From: Azolla caroliniana
Lineage: Eukaryota > Plantae > Polypodiophyta
Assembly: GCA_043228905.1 (NCBI GenBank)
Contig: JBHGNT010000367.1
Location: 1-30,950, forward strand
Direction of reading: 5' to 3'
DNA: 30,950 bases
In this document: one piece after another, positions 23,698 to 30,950 of the stretch
Layout: every line of letters starts with the position of its first letter
How positions within the stretch are numbered: the first letter of the stretch is position 1
Position numbers and translations under genes: made by a program
The notes under the pieces: generated by a model
The model's input: the letters and a program-made list of their open reading frames with translations, nothing else
Database searches by the model: none
Told to the model about the DNA's origin: nothing

Positions 23698-25749
23698 AGA
23701 TTGTTATTAAATTTCTTGTGGTCTAGAAACGTTGAGGGTCATGCTCGGTCCAAAAGTAAAATGTGATGTAATTAGCTTACCTCATTCCAAAGGAGGAGGT
23801 TTAGGTATTATTGATCCAGTAGATTAGACCTGAGTGGCGTTAGCAAAATTGATTATTAGAGGATTTACTCCTGGTCAAGAGGTGTAAGTTGTTCTTAATG
23901 CTTAATCGTTGTTTTGAAATTATTGTTGCTTAATTGTTGTTCTTTAATGCTCTCCTTGGTTAGGTGCACTTTGTTCAAAGGATATAAGTTGGATATTTAG
24001 GGAAAATTTAAGAATATCATCATCTCATTTGTGGGAGGGCAAATTTATTCGACCTAATTTTTTTGCATGGAAGCAAGTCTTACCTAGATTGTTCCGCCAA
24101 TGATGAATATTTAAGACAATGGCTATTATCGAACCCATATTTTACAATATTAGATGGTTTAGTGTCGAGTTCTAGATAGTGATTGGCGTAGGGCAAAATA
24201 GTAGAATGTCTTGCAAACTCAATCAAACTTGGTAGGTTTTTTATCGCGTTCCTAGGAAGAACAAAATCATGTACTAGCCAAGATTCATGGAGAACTAATA
24301 ATGTATTTGAAAATTCGAAAATTCAGGAAGCTATGGATAGAGTCACCATACCATCCACTAGTTCTCACCTTGGATGGATATGTATTTTTTCAATGCTAGA
24401 CGTACTCTTTGACTATAAAAGGATATTTCTAAGATAAGACCTTTCATTTTTGGATGTGGATAATGCAAGTCAATTGTCTCCGTTGCTGGAAGTGGCAATC
24501 GATTATCCTTATGTTATGGAACACAAAATAAGGGCAATAGGATACAATGATCACAATTTGTATATTGACCCACTGATAGAGAACATAAAGTCACATTTGA
24601 CATCATGGGTGTTTGGCAAACAACCTTTGTTCTTATTGACATGGGACCCAACTAACTATGTATGGACATACCCATTTACTAATAATAACTTTTAGTTTTT
24701 ATCAATATTGTGCAGTTAGGTAGACATATTTTGTTTGATTCACAATATGTTTTACCAACAACATTTCAATACTAGATCAACAAGGTATACTGTATTACTC
24801 CAAAGTTTCTTGCTAGGTTTTGGGTAATCTACGGGAAAGAAAACAACCATGACAAAATGCTTCACATTTAGTGGTTATTGGTACATGAAGCCTTGGTTGT
24901 TGGCACATGGTTGGACAACATGGGTGTATCCTCTAATTTTGCTCGTTGTCATTTACAAGCTGAATCACATAAACGTTTTCTATGGGATTGCCTTACGTCA
25001 CAATTGGTATGGAAACATCTCTTAAGAATATTTGCCAATTACTTTCCTCCGTCATTATTCACACGGGCCATGGTGGTTTGACATCACTTGTCCTCTTTGT
25101 ATTTCATTATGATGTTAGTTTATGGATCATGGTTTTAGCACTAATTTTGGAATAGTTTGTGTACTTCCCCTAGTGTCCATGTAGTTTTTAGGAAGAAGGA
25201 AGAAGATGCAACCATTATGGGAGTTATTGAGTAGTACCACTATATACCTCTCGCATTACATCAAGTTAGTGCCTCACTAGTTGAAATGGTATGTAATATA
25301 TGGTTGGACACGAGCCATACTTTAAAATGACAATGGGATTGTCTTATCAGAGGTTCAGAAGCTAAAGTCGTCCAACGTCTCTAATGTCTTACTTTGTGGA
25401 AAGATACTCCAGTATTGTCCTTGAAAGATTTTTGGCATTTCCATCTCGTCATTGCATGGCAAAGTTATCCCTATCTCATAAATGTCGATAACATTCAAGC
25501 CAATATATTTGCGCCTAACTAATGGCATTCTAGCAATGAAAGGAATTTCCCGGTGTTTGCCCAATATGAGTTTGGAACACACACACTCACATCACCATAC
25601 GCTTTTCATTTTCTCTTCGGGAGGTGCTGATTTGGGTCAAATGGCGAAGTGGAGGAGGAAACATGGGTGGGCAATAAGACCATTGAACAACACTATCGAA
25701 ATAAGGAAGAGTAAATGCTCTCTCGAGTCTCGAGCATGCCACACTGATG

Positions 25750-25965
25750 GGGTATGTATGCATGGTATGGTATTGTATGACATGTATGTATGTCTGGTAT
25801 GTATGCATGCATCATTGCATGTATATTATGTTATGGTATGTATGCATCTACGTATGTATGCATGTATGTATATATGGCATGGGATGTATGCATATATGAA
25901 TGTATGGTATGGTATGTATGCATCTCAGTATGTATGGTATGGTATGTGTGTATGTATGCATGTAT
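25750..25965. repeat. Degenerate (TATG/TATGG/CATG)n satellite-like tract upstream of the PRELI gene
   Basis: Read directly from the sequence; source of the overlapping low-complexity M/Y/V/C ORFs. Confidence 0.9.
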
Positions 25966-26016
25966 TCCTGCAGAGTTTTTCTGTTTTTTTGCTTTGGCAC
26001 AGAAAGCGCACAGTTA

Positions 26017-26025
26017 TTAGGGTTT
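26017..26025 (-). promoter_or_regulatory. Telo-box (AAACCCTAA) in the putative PRELI promoter/5' region
   Basis: TTAGGGTTT at 26017-26025 and a near copy TTTAGGGTT at ~26190, within a CT-rich, CpG-containing region upstream of the CDS. Confidence 0.35.
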
Positions 26026-26698
26026 GCATTTTCTTTCTTGTTGACCTTGCTCAACACGTTCCCGTCAATCTTTTTTCTCAAGAAAAATCACAGGTTCCGT
26101 TCCCTTACACTTCTTCTTCCTCCTGCTCCAGACCTCGCTGGACTGCAAGCTAACGTCCCATTTTTCTTCTTCTTCTCCATCGCTCGAAATTTAGGGTTCC
26201 ATTTCTTCTTCTTTTCGTTCTTCTGCAAGTGCGGAGCTACGTTTTTCTGATCCGATTCGCAAGTTTCGTTTTCTGATCACGCCCAAGCGTCAAGGTATCA
26301 GCTGGCATTTTTTATTTTATTTCCTGAGCCGAGAAAATCCGATCAGATACAAGTGAAAGACAAGCCTTTCTTATCCGATCTGATCATCAAGGTAGACCAA
26401 ATGCGCTCTTTTCTCCCCCCTTCAAAGCATCGAGTGATTAAATAATGCATTGTTTTTAATATTAAATCCAAACATCAGGGGGAAACTATCAGAACTTTTC
26501 TGATTCCATTGAAGCATCAAGTTTTTTCTATTCAGATCGTTCCATCAAGTCGAGGGGGAAAAAAACAAGTTTTATTTTAAATCTGAAGAGTGAACAGAAA
26601 TCTAGTAAACGTCAAAGTGAGAGAAAGAAAGAAAAACCAGCGTTTTTTTGTCCAGTTTGTATCCGTGTTCTTAGCAAAAGAAAAAGAAGAAGAAAGAA

Positions 26699-27256
26699 AT
26701 GGTGAGAAGATACACACAGGAGCACACATTCCTTCATCCATGGGAGAGAGTGACCTCTGCGTGCTGGAGAAAATACACAGATCCAGAAAACACCTCTCGC
26801 CTCTCGCACATCCTTGAGGTTGACACGTTACAGAGACGCCTCGATCCTAATGGAAAGCTCTTTACGAAACGTGCCATTACTGTCAATGCCCCGGGACCTT
26901 GGTGGTTCCAAAAGATTGTTGGAGAAACAGTTTGTCATTGCATCGAAGAGTCGAGTGTTGATGCGAGCCAGAAAGCCATGGAGATGGTTACTAGAAATGT
27001 TACTCTCAAGGACTTTGTCTCTGTCGAAGAGAAATGCTGGTATTCCCCTCATCCCGAGAATGACAACTGGACCGTGCTGAAACAAGAGACGAGTATCAGT
27101 TGCCATACTCTGTCTGGTTTGGCGTCTATGGCTGAAAAGATTGAGCAAAGATGTGTTGAGAAGTTTCAACAGAACAGTGCGAAAGGACGAGAGGTTATGG
27201 AACATGTGTGCTCTTATCTTGAAGCTGAAGCTAATGGCATTGGTGTGAAAGTCTGA
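26699..27256 (+). CDS. PRELI/MSF1-like (Ups/PRELID) mitochondrial intermembrane lipid-transfer protein
   Basis: 185-aa ORF with family motifs EHTFLHPWERVTSACWRKY, SHILEVDTL, TRNVTL...VEEKCWYSPHPEN and EKFQQNSAKGREVME. Confidence 0.93.
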   Translation: MVRRYTQEHTFLHPWERVTSACWRKYTDPENTSRLSHILEVDTLQRRLDPNGKLFTKRAITVNAPGPWWFQKIVGETVCHCIEESSVDASQKAMEMVTRNVTLKDFVSVEEKCWYSPHPENDNWTVLKQETSISCHTLSGLASMAEKIEQRCVEKFQQNSAKGREVMEHVCSYLEAEANGIGVKV

Positions 27257-30200
27257 GTAAAGAAACATGATGGTCTCCTGTTTGAAAGGCAAGATTATTC
27301 CATTCCATTTCTCCATCTTTATTTAATGTTTGCGTGATATTGTCTTCTTTCTGTCTGTGAGGCAATGTCCTGAGGGAGGTTCCAAGTGAAAGACAATGTG
27401 GAGGATAATGAATGGTTAAGAGTGAAAGGTTATTCCTTTCATTGTTATGTACATTTTTAATTTGCTATTTTTGTCCTCCTGATTGTGCAAATATATCATC
27501 ACCATGAAGAAGGGTTTCAGTGGTCCTAGTGAAAGATAATGTCCAGAGGATCAATAATTGATATTGCCTATTAAAATTTTGAAATTACCTCAGTAATGAG
27601 TTATGAATCAACTGGATCAGTATATGCTTGAATGAGAGTGATTAAACAATCAAACACTATATGGGGTTAACAGAAGCTCGAAGCTAGGATAATGGTATTG
27701 AGAAAAATGTAGCAAAGATAAACTGTAGCACTATATTTTATCACAAACTATTGCTAAGAATTAATCTATAAGTAATGAGCTATCACCTCTGGTAAGCAAG
27801 AAAAAAGTCTTCAATCTATGCTATCCAGCTTACACATCAATAGTAAAGCCAATACTACATAGCTTTCCTATAGAAAAGCAAAGGATATTATGAAGGATAA
27901 TGAATGCATCAATAGCACATTCTATTCAATGTCTTTAACAAGTTGTTGGGAAATACGTTTTTGTTTGCTTGATTCTAATAAGGTCACGATAATCATGTGT
28001 AGCGCAGATTCTATAGAACAATGAAATATTTTCTATGCGTGTTTTTTGTTAGTGCAGAAATGTTCCTCCTGAACAAATTGTCACAAGGTAGAAGTATTTT
28101 TTTCCTGTGATGATTTTGTGAAAGGAAATGTAATCAATAGCAGATCGTACGAGAAATGTAACTGCTAGATATTGTTGATACAAAATTGCTCTGACAATGT
28201 GGATGTAAAAAGTGTATTTTCATATTGGGTCCTCATAGAGATATGGATACTTGTCTTTCTGAAGCATTATTTCATCGAGTTTTTCTCCTTTCCATCAGAG
28301 TTTTCTAATTATGTAGAAATTTTTATGTGATCCAGGGAATATGGCACATTACTCATAATTAGTCATCGTGATGGGAAGCTAGCCAGGACATGAGCTTATT
28401 GGACCCATTGAATTCTTTACAATAACAGTTTTGACAAAATCAGGTCATTAATAACTTTCCAGTTTTTGACAATGTATTTTTTCTTTGTTTTCCTGAAATT
28501 CATAAAAGAGAAACAGTCTGAACATTGACCTTCCCTTATGGATTGGATAATGTTCACAATTTTTGAATAGTGTATTGATCGTGTCCAGAATCTCTGCATA
28601 AATAGAGGTTTGTGTACCTCCTTGTTCCACTGTAAAGGATCTGAAAAGTGATCTGGGTATTCATGCCTACATTACAACTTGAATGATTTTATAATGAAAG
28701 TGAATTGAGCCACATAATTGATTCATTACTGATTTATTTGTTGTTTAATCCAGTGGTATTAGTGAGTCTGATGATTTATAAACATGCACTAATTTAACTT
28801 GTAAAGGATATTACTAGAAATAAAACAAGCCTTTAATGTTCATGTTATTAATAATATCAGTATAGATGATGTTATGATAACTATCATTCCGTTCATAAGA
28901 TCATGGAGATAATCTTCTCAGATATATACAAAATGTTCATAATTAGAACAAGAGCCCAATGTATCTGTTGGACATGATAATGTTTGAAGTTCTAGTTTAA
29001 GAGCAATCTATTTGCTTGTAATCCTGCTAATTAAATTTCTTCTTATGAAAATAAAAAATAAAACTTCGAATTCATCACTACAAAACGTCTTTGAAAATCG
29101 TGATTCTATTATAAAAATAAAGTTTATCATGAGAAGACATTTCATATGCAAGGTCAATAATGACATAAAGAATGCAAAACTAGCATTAGGATAGCATTGA
29201 AAGCCTTGAGTCTACATCAACTTGATTGTTGGGGTGTTTAAAACATGGGAGCATGCTTCTTTGTTTTGAATGATGATGAATATTTCATTTGTGAATTAAA
29301 ATCGTTAATTCTTTTTTATTGGTTTATTAAATTGGCCATATCTTTGGATGGATGTGTCTTATCTTGAAGATTTTGCATGGTTTTACAGGAGTAATTATGT
29401 ATCGGGCAAGGCATTGTGAAGATACTTGTTTGATTTGGTTGGGTGGTTTTGATCAATCTTCTGTCTATACATGGTTATTCAACCTCCGTACATTTGAGAT
29501 GCACTAATAGAGAGGAATGCTTGTGTCTCAAGAATCTATTTGGGTATATCTACACAAATTTCTTTCTTTGCATATGCTTTCACTTGCACTAATGCCAACG
29601 TGATTTTCACTTCATATATATTTATAGCATATCTGACATTTTGCACAATGCCACACGATATTTTTTTTTGATACATCTAGAAGTTTCTCAAACTAAGTAC
29701 ATTTACCATGAACGACATTGTGTCCCTCTGCCCACAGTGATTATCATTTTGAATCACAATTCCATTGCTGAGTAAGACACACACACACACACATGTATAC
29801 ACATCTACACTGGCAATGGCACACCTCTCTTTACCTCCAAGGAGACACACTCATCCACATTGCCCATAAGGATATGTCAATGGTTATTCTGAAGTTCAAG
29901 TGAATAGTTATTATCTCTCGGGAATTTTGAACAAGTAGAATATATTGCTCAAACTTCAATGAAAATCATCAAGTGATGAGTTCAAAGAATCTTTGATGTA
30001 CAATTAAAAAAGGGGAAACAATAGAAAACCCCTTAGCTTTACCATAATTCCCCTACATTCCCAAAACTTATGGTACTACCCCTATGTACTACATTTTGTA
30101 CTATGTAAGAGTAGTTTGGTTAATGCTCTAGAAGACAAGCGTATTATGGTCATTGTGTGAGAAGCTACACGCAAATTGGTGATTTTCTCTATGAAAATAA

Positions 30201-30950
30201 CACTACAAAACAAAAGTATTGAAATGGAAATGGGCACTTTCAAAAAGGTCATATAAATTATGGCATGTGTCTATTTTTGTATGATTCCATTTTGAATGTG
30301 GGGATACCCCAAGGTGATTTTGCGAGCAAATCAGTGAATTGAGTTGGCAAACTTTCATAAAACATTTGTATTGGGTGTTATTGTAATTTGAATTTGTCCA
30401 TAAAAAGAGAATTAAAAAGCATGTCACTTTACGTTACCTTAGTCATATTCCATGAAGGATATTCTTGTTGAAAATAAGAAAATTGGAGTTTTTTGGTAAT
30501 GGAGCTCGAATTATTCCACCTTTTCGCTCTCTAGGCTTGACTCTCAACCCTATGTCAAAGAACATGTGTTGTTCTCCCAATATTGCCTTATTGCTAAAAG
30601 TGTATTGATATGTGTATATTGTCATAACATGAACCTGCAAAAAGGGTGACAATGTGGTTGGAACGTGGGTCGTGGGAAAACCAAGAAAAAGTCCTTCCTC
30701 TTTGTTCACCATGATATAGTAGGGAAATGTTGTGATACAAGCCTTGCTAGGAATTGAGGCTAATGAAAGTCATATAGGATTCATGCCATTTGGGACATAG
30801 GTATATTTTATAAACGGTATTTTGGTAAGGTGGAGTGGTTCTACTCAACACCAAAGTGTTTATTCAAGCCAATGGTTAGACTTTAGAAAAATATAGGGGA
30901 TCGGTATAGCTTGTATGTTTAGCCTTATGGCGGTTTTCTAATACTAATGT

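Larger units (their letters stand above)
22570..25480 (+). mobile_element. Degenerate, 5'-truncated L1-type LINE (ORF2 post-RT and C-terminal zinc-binding region), interrupted by a nested insertion
   Basis: Frameshifted fragments read KLLLWSS.KLSFACPIIVAYQVLLASTWYVLSCW (~22575-22700), then after the insertion RLLLNFLWS...KVKCDVISLPHSKGGGLGIIDP...ALAKLIIR (~23700-23860). A zf-RVT-like stretch WLLVHEALVVGTWL...RCHLQAESHKRFLWDC follows (~24870-24990). Many stops and frameshifts; both ends are approximate. Confidence 0.85.

Noticed and set aside
25482-26250. 223-aa and overlapping ORFs upstream of PRELI
   Set aside because: Kept open by the low-complexity TATG tract and the CT-rich leader; no recognisable domain.
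26828-27316. 162-aa antisense ORF over PRELI
   Set aside because: No recognisable motif; consistent with an antisense shadow.
28107-28194. Possible C/D-box snoRNA (GTGATGA ... CTGA, ~88 nt)
   Set aside because: No convincing terminal stem and no rRNA/snRNA-complementary guide that I could recognise; such boxes arise by chance in AT-rich DNA.
30443-30712. 89-aa minus ORF containing LSPFL, superficially like the LINE RT motif QGCPLSP
   Set aside because: The flanking RT motifs are absent.

Overview
Eukaryotic, AT-rich land-plant nuclear DNA; the PPR motif style suggests a fern, which is inference only. It holds three intact, intronless CDSs: an EMS1/EXS-type LRR receptor kinase (13630-17559, +), a convergent PLS-E pentatricopeptide repeat protein lacking a DYW domain (18982-21618, -), and a PRELI/MSF1-family protein (26699-27256, +). 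Between the PPR and PRELI genes is a decayed L1-type LINE ORF2 3' fragment (~22570-25480, +). This LINE is split by a 960-bp nested antisense insertion flanked by a perfect 18-bp target-site duplication. The insertion carries a relic poly(A) tail, decayed ORF1 zinc knuckles and a ~330-nt inverted repeat whose geometry fits a twin-priming 5' inversion. The first ~13 kb and last ~3.5 kb are intergenic, with microsatellites and unidentifiable decayed sequence. I found no clearly new biological system. The most interesting structures are the nested retro-insertion with its hairpin and the truncated, duplicated-start PPR gene.
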